Virus record (IMG/VR): IMGVR_UViG_3300029127_000011
Length of the DNA: 41,981 nt
DNA from: a virus
Direction: 5' to 3' (one strand)
Below, piece after piece: positions 1 to 6,809 of this stretch (position 1 is its first letter; the number at the start of each line of letters is the position of its first letter). The notes beneath the pieces were generated by a model. It had not been told where the DNA came from and searched no databases. It saw nothing but the letters and a program-made list of their open reading frames with translations. The position numbers and the translations under genes are program-made.

Positions 1-99
1 GTTCTTTGATACTCTGATAACTTAAAAATGCCGCAATAATGCACCATGTTGCACAATTGCGGCTCTTAACGCTGAAAATAAACTGAACAAAAACTGCAC
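1..99. repeat. 99-bp direct terminal repeat, copy 1 (identical to 41883-41981); circular-closure overlap or true DTR
   Basis: Bases 1-99 match 41883-41981 letter for letter, and the window begins and ends exactly at the repeat. Confidence 0.97.
30..63. promoter_or_regulatory. 34-bp imperfect palindrome upstream of int (candidate attP core or Int/regulator binding site)
   Basis: GCCGCAAT...ATTGCGGC forms perfect 8-bp outer arms. The inner TGCAcCATGtTGCA is nearly palindromic. It lies about 40 bp upstream of the int start. Confidence 0.4.
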
Positions 100-104
100 G
101 AATT

Positions 105-1271
105 ATGGCAACACTGAGATTATATCTAGATACAAGGGTTAAAAGGCAGGATGGTACGTTCTCCATCCGGCTTGCTGTCAACCACCATGGTGGGACTGCC
201 TTCATTTCCCTCAATCAATACTGCAAGAAAGATGAGTGGGATAAAAGGGCTTGCAAGGTGCGAAAGCGTCCGGATCGTGATGCTATCAACGACTTCCTTC
301 TTGACCGTCTGAATTTTTATAATAGAATGATGATGAAGGCGCAATGCAGGGAAACATACCGTGGCGACATTACGGCTAGGGAACTCCGGGACTTAATAAT
401 GCTTGAAGCCGAGCCTGCAAGGGAGAAGGTCGCCCTGCTTCGAGATGGCTTCATTGCCTACGAGGGCAGGAATCTGAAAGAGAACACGATAAACAGATAT
501 AAATATACTTGGGCAAAGATTGAAGCTTTCCTTGGGAAGGAAAAAGCGGCTCTGCTTACATACGATGAGATTAATCGGTCTTGGCTTGAAGATTTCGATG
601 CGTTCATGGCAAAGGAAGGCTTGTCTAGGAACACCAGAGCCAGCAGGATGCTCTGTGTCGCTGCTGTCTTTAATCTGGCGATAGATAATGAGCAGACGAA
701 AAACTACCCTTTCCGCAGGTACAGTCTCCGGCTTGAGACAACGAAAAAGCGAAATTTGTCGGTTGAGGAAATCCGCTCTATCTTCGAAGCTGGTGGTGAT
801 GAGCTGGTCGATATGTTCCTGCTTATGTTCCTGCTGATTGGTATCAATGTGAGTGACTTGTTCGCCTTGACAAATGAGAATATCGTCCGTGGTAGACTGG
901 AATACGACCGGGCGAAGACTGGCAGGCATTACTCCATCCTGCTTCATCCCGAAGCTCTCCGAATCATCGAGAAATACAAAGGTGAAAAGAAGCTGCTTCG
1001 TTTCTCGGAGCATTTCAGGAACGTTGATGTTGCAACGGTCATGATTAATAAGAAACTCGCAAAGGTGCGCCCAGGGCTTACTACGTACTACGCTCGACAT
1101 ACGTGGGCATCCATTGCCTTCAACATTGGTATACAAAAGGACGTGGTGTCGCTTGCGCTGGGTCACTCGTTCGGTGTCCGGGTAACTGATACCTACATCA
1201 ATGCAGACCTATCGAGAGTAGATGAAGCAAACCGCAGGGTTATTGATTACGTGCTATACGACAAAAAATAG
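105..1271 (+). CDS. int: tyrosine recombinase / phage integrase (Bacteroidetes type with N-terminal arm-binding domain)
   Basis: 388-aa ORF. The C-terminus reads YYARHTWAS...LGHSFGVRVTDTYI, matching the RHxxA / LGH / catalytic Tyr boxes of tyrosine recombinases. The N-terminus LRLYLDTRVKRQDGTFSIRL resembles the arm-binding domain. Confidence 0.93.
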   Translation: MATLRLYLDTRVKRQDGTFSIRLAVNHHGGTAFISLNQYCKKDEWDKRACKVRKRPDRDAINDFLLDRLNFYNRMMMKAQCRETYRGDITARELRDLIMLEAEPAREKVALLRDGFIAYEGRNLKENTINRYKYTWAKIEAFLGKEKAALLTYDEINRSWLEDFDAFMAKEGLSRNTRASRMLCVAAVFNLAIDNEQTKNYPFRRYSLRLETTKKRNLSVEEIRSIFEAGGDELVDMFLLMFLLIGINVSDLFALTNENIVRGRLEYDRAKTGRHYSILLHPEALRIIEKYKGEKKLLRFSEHFRNVDVATVMINKKLAKVRPGLTTYYARHTWASIAFNIGIQKDVVSLALGHSFGVRVTDTYINADLSRVDEANRRVIDYVLYDKK

Positions 1272-1435
1272 CCCTTATTTCTTGCGAATTTGCCGCAGAA
1301 ACGGCTCAAATTGTTTTCGGGGATAGTTTTACTTGCTTACCACGTAAGCGGCTCAAAACGCAAATTTCGGGGCAAATCGAAAGAAAGAGTACAAAAACAT
1401 AGATAGAATGCAGGTGGTCGGGCTGCTTGCGGAAC

Positions 1436-1470
1436 AAAAAAAAGGGGCTGGCTTTCGTCAGTCCCCTTTT
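1436..1470. terminator. bidirectional rho-independent terminator between int (+) and the 87-aa gene (-)
   Basis: AAAAAAAA-GGGGCTG-gctttcgt-CAGtCCCC-TTTT. The GC stem has an A-run on one side and a T-run on the other. Confidence 0.7.
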
Positions 1471-1483
1471 ATATAATTTATAA

Positions 1484-1747
1484 TTAGTTAATATGTTCGT
1501 CAATACACTGGTCGTAGATAGCTTTTTCCAAAGTCCAATCCTCTTTAGGATATTCTCCCCATCCTGCGCCTTCATTATTGTCAATGTACCACAAGTTTTC
1601 ATCTTCCTTAATGGTTGCTACATGATAACTATGTAGGGGTGAAAAGAAAGAATCTTGGTTGTGGTCATAGCATACATCGTATGTTCCATCCTCGTTGTCA
1701 CGATAACGATAACCAGTCTTGTCTAATTCTTCTTCGATTTTTTTCAT
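1484..1747 (-). CDS. small acidic hypothetical protein (87 aa), cargo island
   Basis: The ORF starts MKKIEEE, is very rich in D/E, and is preceded by promoter/5'UTR cassette copy A. Confidence 0.6.
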   Translation of the reverse strand: MKKIEEELDKTGYRYRDNEDGTYDVCYDHNQDSFFSPLHSYHVATIKEDENLWYIDNNEGAGWGEYPKEDWTLEKAIYDQCIDEHIN

Positions 1748-1854
1748 TTTCTTTGGCTTAACCGTGTTGCCTAGGGCTGAAAGTTACTGAATGTTTAAAG
1801 TGCTTATCTCTTAAACACACTGCAAAGATATTAATATTTTTCGGTTCTACCAAA
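1748..1854 (-). promoter_or_regulatory. promoter + 5'UTR cassette copy A (-33 TTTG at 1851-1854, -7 TAtcTTTG at 1823-1830; AAACATTCAG box at 1787-1796)
   Basis: About 105 bp, roughly 85-90% identical to 4360-4464. A 34-nt block, tgcaaagatattaatatttttcggttctaccaaa, is 100% identical. The boxes fit TTTG-N20-TAnnTTTG. Confidence 0.7.
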
Positions 1855-1924
1855 TTTTCAAACGATTTTCTTTTTATTTTATTGTTATTTTAATGTTATT
1901 TTACATTTGCGGCTTGAAATGGGC

Positions 1925-1997
1925 AAAAAAAAATACCCCAGCGGTAAAAAAGTCGAGCCGCTGGGGTAATAAGTGGAGACCACTTTAAACATTCAGT
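1925..1997 (-). ncRNA. candidate small RNA of about 70 nt (5' seed CUGAAUGUUUA, hairpin AAGUGG-UCU-CCACUU, terminator hairpin CCCCAGCGG/CCGCUGGGG + UAUUUUUUUUU)
   Basis: A promoter-like box sits 5-6 nt upstream. There are two perfect stem-loops (1971-1985 and 1936-1966) and a U9 tail (1925-1933). No ORF is present. Confidence 0.5.
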
Positions 1998-2001
1998 GAT
2001 G

Positions 2002-2032
2002 CAAAGGTACGCTTTTCCTTTGAAACCACAAA
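2002..2032 (-). promoter_or_regulatory. Bacteroidetes-type promoter for the candidate sRNA (TTTG-N19-TAccTTTG)
   Basis: The plus strand shows caaaggta at 2002-2009 and caaa at 2029-2032, which is TTTG...TAccTTTG on the minus strand. Confidence 0.5.
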
Positions 2033-2190
2033 ATTATTTACCAAAAAATTTCTTTCTCAACAAATCATTGATGAATCGTGACTTGTTGGGCAATGCGTTG
2101 AGGAAAGGCAGCAGGTCGTTGTCTATCTGTATGCCAACTAGCTTGACCGTTGCGCCAGCACCCTTCTTCGTTCTCTTGATGTTTCTTCTA

Positions 2191-3015
2191 TTATTCTCCA
2201 TATCCGCCATTTTTTACTGGTTCTCCATTTACTCGCAAGAGGTTGCGCTGCTCGACGCTGCACTTCTTCGGGTGCTTGCGTGGAGTTCCATCCTTCTTGC
2301 AGGTCTCGCCTTGATATACCAGGCAAGGCAAGGAGTTGTAATCGTAGCCTCTACGTGAAATACCCCAACCTTCAACCCTTATCGTGTCGAAGCAGTCGCT
2401 GATATAATCGCCAACCTTAACCGGGTTGTGCTCCGTGGCAAATTCCTTTGCCAGCATTCTTCTTTCATTCTCTGCCTTCACCTTGATTCTGTGCAGGGCT
2501 TCTCTGTACTCTTGTTCTGTAATTGTCTTCTCTGTACTCTTGTTCTGTAATTGTCTTCTGTCTTTTTTTAATTGTCTGTCCAACTTCGTTTTCATTCTGT
2601 TCATCTTGTGCTCCAGCTTGCCAATCTGCTTGTAGCTTAGCCACTCCGGCTTGATATTCAACGACAGCCAGTACTGTCGCATTTCCTTGCAATGCCGGGC
2701 GATACTCGGGAAATAGAGGTGTCGCTCGTATGGGTTGCGAAGGAAGTACTTGCAATCGGATAATAGACGACCAAGCATCATGTATTTATGCTTCTGCCCT
2801 TCTCCAAGACTGACAAGCCTTCCGTTGTCCCCGATCCACAGCATTGCGCCCTCTCCCTTCCATTCGAAATCGAAAGCCTTGCTTACCGGATAATAATAGC
2901 CATCGAGCACCGTGCCTTCCTTTAGGTCTCGCCCAATCTCTCGCAGGCAGGTTCTTCCCCAGCTGGTCGTTACCTCGACCACTGCTTGTGCCGGCATCTT
3001 GTCGTATTCCTTCAT
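2191..3015 (-). CDS. hypothetical protein (274 aa) with a central K/R/E-rich coiled linker; contains the 28-bp tandem duplication
   Basis: Long ORF. The N-terminal motif YMMLGRLLSDCKYFL recalls domains seen in polyvalent or anti-restriction proteins of mobile elements; this is from memory and unverified. Confidence 0.7.
   Translation of the reverse strand: MKEYDKMPAQAVVEVTTSWGRTCLREIGRDLKEGTVLDGYYYPVSKAFDFEWKGEGAMLWIGDNGRLVSLGEGQKHKYMMLGRLLSDCKYFLRNPYERHLYFPSIARHCKEMRQYWLSLNIKPEWLSYKQIGKLEHKMNRMKTKLDRQLKKDRRQLQNKSTEKTITEQEYREALHRIKVKAENERRMLAKEFATEHNPVKVGDYISDCFDTIRVEGWGISRRGYDYNSLPCLVYQGETCKKDGTPRKHPKKCSVEQRNLLRVNGEPVKNGGYGE
2503..2558. repeat. perfect 28-bp tandem duplication (tctgtactcttgttctgtaattgtcttc x2) inside the CDS
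   Basis: 2503-2530 is identical to 2531-2558. Confidence 0.97.
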
Positions 3016-3072
3016 ATCTTGATAAATTGTGCAGGGCTTGCACCCTGCTGGTTAATAATTCTGTTGAAATTG

Positions 3073-3276
3073 TTATCTGTTTATTCTCTCAAAGCAATGT
3101 TCGGAAGGGGTATATATCTCCATGCCAGTCGCCCAGCTAATGTAAACTTTAAATGCCCCTACGTTGCGCCCGAACACCTTTGCTTGCATCATTCTTTGTT
3201 TTTTGTTGTCGAAATCAATTTCTTTTATCCCTACAACATTTCTCTTGCGGTCTTCCGCTCTTAGAAGTGCTAACAT
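3073..3276 (-). CDS. hypothetical protein (67 aa)
   Basis: ORF packed 7 nt after the upstream gene on the same strand. Confidence 0.45.
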   Translation of the reverse strand: MLALLRAEDRKRNVVGIKEIDFDNKKQRMMQAKVFGRNVGAFKVYISWATGMEIYTPSEHCFERINR

Positions 3277-3283
3277 ATCTTCA

Positions 3284-3496
3284 TTATTTTTTCGTGAACG
3301 TAATAGTAGTTATATTGCCGCCCTTAAAATGCTTTTCGTATCTCTTGGTTGCTTTATCATACAAGTATCCTCTCTTTATAAGATACCTCTTTCTATCTCT
3401 AAGCATCTGACTACCTTCAACATATAAATAAGTACCCAAAACCTTAGTTGAACCATCAACCGCCTTGGTAAATGTCATAGTTTCTAAAATTTCCAT
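3284..3496 (-). CDS. hypothetical protein (70 aa)
   Basis: ORF in the minus-strand cargo operon. Confidence 0.5.
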   Translation of the reverse strand: MEILETMTFTKAVDGSTKVLGTYLYVEGSQMLRDRKRYLIKRGYLYDKATKRYEKHFKGGNITTITFTKK

Positions 3497-3537
3497 ATCT
3501 TGTTTCTTTGCGCTGGGGATTGCTCCCCAGCTGGTTA

Positions 3538-3825
3538 TTAAAAATCACACTCGTAAGAGTATTGTTTCTTTAGCTTCTCCAAAGCGTTAGATGTAACGAA
3601 GTAAACATTATCAGAACACTCGCCCTTCTTGATGCTTCTGTTCTCCTTTAGGCTCACTGGGTGGTTGAAACGTATCTCCCAACGGTTGCCAACACCTAAT
3701 ATCAAGAAGTCCACTTCACGCTTGCGCTTGTCTAGTTCGGTCTCCTTGTACTCGCCACGCTTGATGAATTTATCCTCATCCTTGAAGTAGCCTACCGCCT
3801 TCATTCCGTTGATTGCTATTTCCAT
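3538..3825 (-). CDS. hypothetical protein (95 aa)
   Basis: ORF in the minus-strand cargo operon. Confidence 0.6.
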   Translation of the reverse strand: MEIAINGMKAVGYFKDEDKFIKRGEYKETELDKRKREVDFLILGVGNRWEIRFNHPVSLKENRSIKKGECSDNVYFVTSNALEKLKKQYSYECDF

Positions 3826-3842
3826 AACTCATCTCTCCTTTC

Positions 3843-4097
3843 TTACTTTGCGTACAATGTTACAACCAATCCTCTTCTGAGTGCGCAGCGGCAAGCGTCC
3901 ATACCAGCCTTCAATGCTCGCTTGATGAACTTGTTGAAGAGTTCCGCTCCGATGAGCTTCAAGATTCCGCTCACTCCTACGAGTGTGTTTATCTTCTTGC
4001 CATCCTCTGTGCGTCCGAAGACCTTAATACGGAAGTTAGAGTTGATGAACTTTGTAGTGAACTCTAAAATGTTTGAATTTGACTTTTTCATTTTCAT
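3843..4097 (-). CDS. hypothetical protein (84 aa)
   Basis: ORF in the minus-strand cargo operon. Confidence 0.6.
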   Translation of the reverse strand: MKMKKSNSNILEFTTKFINSNFRIKVFGRTEDGKKINTLVGVSGILKLIGAELFNKFIKRALKAGMDACRCALRRGLVVTLYAK

Positions 4098-4110
4098 TGG
4101 TTTTTATTAT

Positions 4111-4359
4111 TTACAACTCTTCCTCATCTTCATCAAACCCGAACCATTCACATGCGTCACAGATTTCTGCCTTTCCTTTATAATTGATAACAACCAGATT
4201 GCATCCCTCTTCGTCAGCGCATATACAACCGTTGTTGTATCCTCGGAGGTCTTGCCATCGGTTACTATTGATTATATCTTTTGCATCGAGTTGCCATTCG
4301 TTATGCTCGTTGATATAGTCAACAAACTGTTTCAAAGTTGTCACTTCAATTTTCTTCAT
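4111..4359 (-). CDS. small acidic Cys-containing hypothetical protein (82 aa), first gene of the cargo operon
   Basis: The ORF starts MKKIEV and ends FGFDEDEEEL. It is preceded by promoter cassette copy B. Confidence 0.6.
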   Translation of the reverse strand: MKKIEVTTLKQFVDYINEHNEWQLDAKDIINSNRWQDLRGYNNGCICADEEGCNLVVINYKGKAEICDACEWFGFDEDEEEL

Positions 4360-4464
4360 ATTTTCCGCTTGACCGTGATGCGTAGGGCTTAAGTTACTAA
4401 ATGTTTAATGTGCTTATCTCCTAAACACGATGCAAAGATATTAATATTTTTCGGTTCTACCAAA
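4360..4464 (-). promoter_or_regulatory. promoter + 5'UTR cassette copy B (-7 TAtcTTTG at 4433-4440, -33 TTTG at 4461-4464; degenerate box at 4397-4406)
   Basis: Paralogous to 1748-1854. Confidence 0.7.
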
Positions 4465-4552
4465 ACTTTTCCCGAAAGATATTAATATTTTAACTTTTAT
4501 TGGCTGTTTATGTCGTAAGCATGGCTATTTTCGGTCGTTTTTGGTCGTTTCC

Positions 4553-4593
4553 GGCTGTTTTCGGTACGCTTTTGGCTGTTTTCGGTACGCTTT
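4553..4593. repeat. 21-bp-period direct repeat ggctgttttcggtacgcttt x2, with degenerate copies at about 4502-4552
   Basis: The 20-mer at 4553-4572 is identical to 4574-4593. Upstream units ggctattttcggtcgttttt and ggtcgtttcc are related. Confidence 0.85.
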
Positions 4594-4695
4594 CCACGCT
4601 CTATATAATAATAACCTGCACGCATTAGTTAGAATGAATATAATCTAACTCTCATAACCCCTACCCCTTTTCTCTCAATGAAAAGTGTTCTACGC

Positions 4696-4737
4696 ACAAA
4701 AAATGGGCAGAAAAACGCTCTCCTGCGCTTCCTGCCC
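4696..4737 (-). terminator. rho-independent terminator after the lysis operon
   Basis: Minus strand reads GGGCAG-(21 nt)-CTGCCC followed by ATTTTTT, about 30 nt after the stop of 4765..5322. Confidence 0.55.
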
Positions 4738-4764
4738 TTCTAAAAATTGATATTATGATTGAAC

Positions 4765-5322
4765 CTATTGAACTCTCTTCTTGATGCGCTCCTTTATCCA
4801 GTTAACCGCAAGAAGGAACAGAAACAGAATCACGCAATCGCCAATGAATAGCCTTATCTTGTGCCATGTGCTCGCTGGCTTCTCCACCTCCTTGGTCTTG
4901 TATCGGTTGACGTAATACTTGACCTTCACGGTGTCGGTCACGAATTTGTAGATGTCGCCCACGATGGTGTCCGTCTTGGTCGTTGTCCTCCATCTGGTAG
5001 TCGTAAGATTATGCCACCGCTCCTTTATAATGGTGTCTCCATTGATGTATACCAGCACGCTGTCCTGCTTGAATATGCTGTCATGCTGCCGTGTGTCCTG
5101 CCAGTGGATCTGTCGCTGGTTCACGCTGTCACGTCTTATACTGGTGTGTACGCTGTCGTGATAAACCGTGTTATTTGCGGCTGTTTTTGCGCAGGAACAG
5201 CCCAAAATCAAAAGTGGGGTAATTATAAGCATTGCGAAAAATAACGCCGCAGAACGCAAATTTCGCCCTTTCCTTGAATTTTCCATACTTTGAAATGTTT
5301 GATTGATGTGTTTATTACGCAA
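4765..5322 (-). CDS. u-spanin-like lysis protein (N-terminal lipoprotein signal + C-terminal TM helix)
   Basis: It has ...AMLIITPLLILGC lipobox-like signal and a C-terminal LFIGDCVILFLFLLAVNWI helix, and sits immediately downstream of the endolysin. The true start may be the internal Met at 5286. Confidence 0.6.
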   Translation of the reverse strand: MRNKHINQTFQSMENSRKGRNLRSAALFFAMLIITPLLILGCSCAKTAANNTVYHDSVHTSIRRDSVNQRQIHWQDTRQHDSIFKQDSVLVYINGDTIIKERWHNLTTTRWRTTTKTDTIVGDIYKFVTDTVKVKYYVNRYKTKEVEKPASTWHKIRLFIGDCVILFLFLLAVNWIKERIKKRVQ

Positions 5323-5851
5323 GCACCTTGATTTTTAAGGCTTCCTTGGCTCGCTTCAAATACTTCTCGCAGGCTGCCAGTCCGTTGTACCCTCCGTTTA
5401 TCTTCCTTCTGATAGCCTTCAAGTTGTCTTGGTCTGCCAACTCATTGCAGCCGAAGGTGTCGAATACCCACATCGAGGATTTCGTTGCTCCCAGAGAACG
5501 CTCCAAAAGTTCGGGACTGCCCACTACATCGAAGCCGCAATAATTGGCATACTTCCGGTAGTTGGCTCGCCCGGTTATCTGAATAAGACCTCTGCCCTTG
5601 TACTTCACGCCATCGCCCTGCTGGGTGTTGCCGAGGTCTTTCCTGCCCTCGTAGGCTCTGCCGCTTGCCAGTTCTTTGGTGTATCTGAGCTCACCGGATT
5701 CGTGCGCTATTTGCGCAAGATAATGAGCCATGCGAAGTTTCGTATTGATGTGGAAATGCTCTGCCCATCCGTTTATGATTGGAAGATAGGTGTCTGCCCT
5801 GCTGCCTGCATTCGGCATTACCTTTAGAAGTTGCGCTCTAGTTATCCTCAT
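5315..5851 (-). CDS. endolysin, glycoside hydrolase family 19 (chitinase-like)
   Basis: Contains YLAQIAHESGELRYTKE and KGRGLIQITGRANY, which are characteristic GH19 motifs. Confidence 0.88.
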   Translation of the reverse strand: MRITRAQLLKVMPNAGSRADTYLPIINGWAEHFHINTKLRMAHYLAQIAHESGELRYTKELASGRAYEGRKDLGNTQQGDGVKYKGRGLIQITGRANYRKYANYCGFDVVGSPELLERSLGATKSSMWVFDTFGCNELADQDNLKAIRRKINGGYNGLAACEKYLKRAKEALKIKVLA

Positions 5852-6293
5852 TGTCTCCTCCTTTCTTCCTTTCTTCCTTCATAATCTCGACAACCGCCTT
5901 CGCAATCTCGTCCTTATTCTCCAGTATTACTTGCATCGTGCGGTCTTGCTTGCGTATCTCTGCCTTCTCGTATGCCTTCTCCCTGATGCTCTTGAACTCA
6001 CACAGAAGCAGATAAACCGTCCAGGCGATGGAGAACATGGGAAATGGAGAGATAACACACGTAGCAACGTCCATAAGCGAAGCGATACCGAATGTCGGGA
6101 AATACTTCTTCGCCTTGTCGCACGTCTTCTTCAACCCGGTTGACGTTCTTGCAACATGCAGTTCCTTCGCCTTCTGTATGCCTGCTATCAGGTCAATTGT
6201 CATCGCTATCAGAATTGTAGCGAAACAGATAAAAATTACTAGGGCGCACAAATAAAGGTGGTGCACCTGAAAATCGTGAAATACTTCGCTCAT
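5838..6293 (-). CDS. holin (Phage_holin_4-like), start trimmed to internal Met
   Basis: Starts MSEVFHDFQ, then TM helices and IDLIAGIQKAKE...STGLKK, a typical holin signature. The longer ORF to 6407 would overlap the upstream gene by 95 nt. Confidence 0.7.
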   Translation of the reverse strand: MSEVFHDFQVHHLYLCALVIFICFATILIAMTIDLIAGIQKAKELHVARTSTGLKKTCDKAKKYFPTFGIASLMDVATCVISPFPMFSIAWTVYLLLCEFKSIREKAYEKAEIRKQDRTMQVILENKDEIAKAVVEIMKEERKKGGDNEDN

Positions 6294-6312
6294 ATCAATT
6301 AATTTTTTTGGT

Positions 6313-6798
6313 TTATTCCAATTTTTCCCAGTCAATGGTAACGCCCTTTCCGATGATGTCTGCCGTCCACCTGCAGAATGCCATACCCTCGTATCCGTCC
6401 GGATCACTGGCTACGGCAATAGCATACTGTACGCAGTCGCTCTCGGTCTTGATTACCTTCGGGTAGAAGTCCGCATAAGCCATATTAGCCAAATAGAGAA
6501 TATCCCCGAGGGTCGTGCCCTTCGAGATTATCTCGTTGTTTGTTGCCAGCCGGATTTCGTCTACCGTCCAACGGTGGCTCGTTCCGTCTACGTTCTTCAT
6601 CTGCTCGCTTGCCTTGATTGCTAGCTGCTTCGTAAAATGGTAGCCGTGCTTGGCAACGTATGCCACGTACCCACTGGCTCCCATGAGTGCCTTTGCTGCC
6701 TTCTCGTATGGCAAGCCGTGGATGATGTCGCTCTCTTGGTGCTGGTGTCGCTCTTCCTCGCTGCCGCAAGAATGGCGCAAAACGATTATTTTCTTCAT
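6313..6798 (-). CDS. hypothetical protein (161 aa)
   Basis: Well-packed ORF upstream of the holin. Confidence 0.75.
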   Translation of the reverse strand: MKKIIVLRHSCGSEEERHQHQESDIIHGLPYEKAAKALMGASGYVAYVAKHGYHFTKQLAIKASEQMKNVDGTSHRWTVDEIRLATNNEIISKGTTLGDILYLANMAYADFYPKVIKTESDCVQYAIAVASDPDGYEGMAFCRWTADIIGKGVTIDWEKLE

Positions 6799-6809
6799 TG
6801 TGCGCCCTC

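Noticed and set aside
1306-1602. 98-aa minus-strand ORF overlapping the int-proximal repeats, the bidirectional terminator and the 3' end of 1484..1747.
   Set aside because: It reads through a terminator hairpin and overlaps a better-supported gene in another frame.
1996-2358. 120-aa plus-strand ORF starting inside the candidate sRNA promoter.
   Set aside because: It overlaps the 3' end of 2191..3015 antisense, has a hydrophobic junk-like composition, and no plus-strand promoter is seen.
4502-4593. Direct repeats considered as a possible CRISPR mini-array.
   Set aside because: The units are contiguous with a 21-bp period and no spacers, there are only two perfect copies, and no cas genes or leader are present.
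4658-4670. 13-nt identity cccctaccccttt shared with 30842-30854, which suggested a dispersed repeat.
   Set aside because: A single shared 13-mer between two sites is expected by chance in about 42 kb compared against itself on both strands. The flanks do not align.
5838-6407. Full-length 189-aa version of the holin ORF.
   Set aside because: The first 38 codons overlap 6313..6798 by 95 nt and encode a non-holin-like basic leader. The internal Met at 6293 gives a typical holin and a clean 19-nt intergenic gap.
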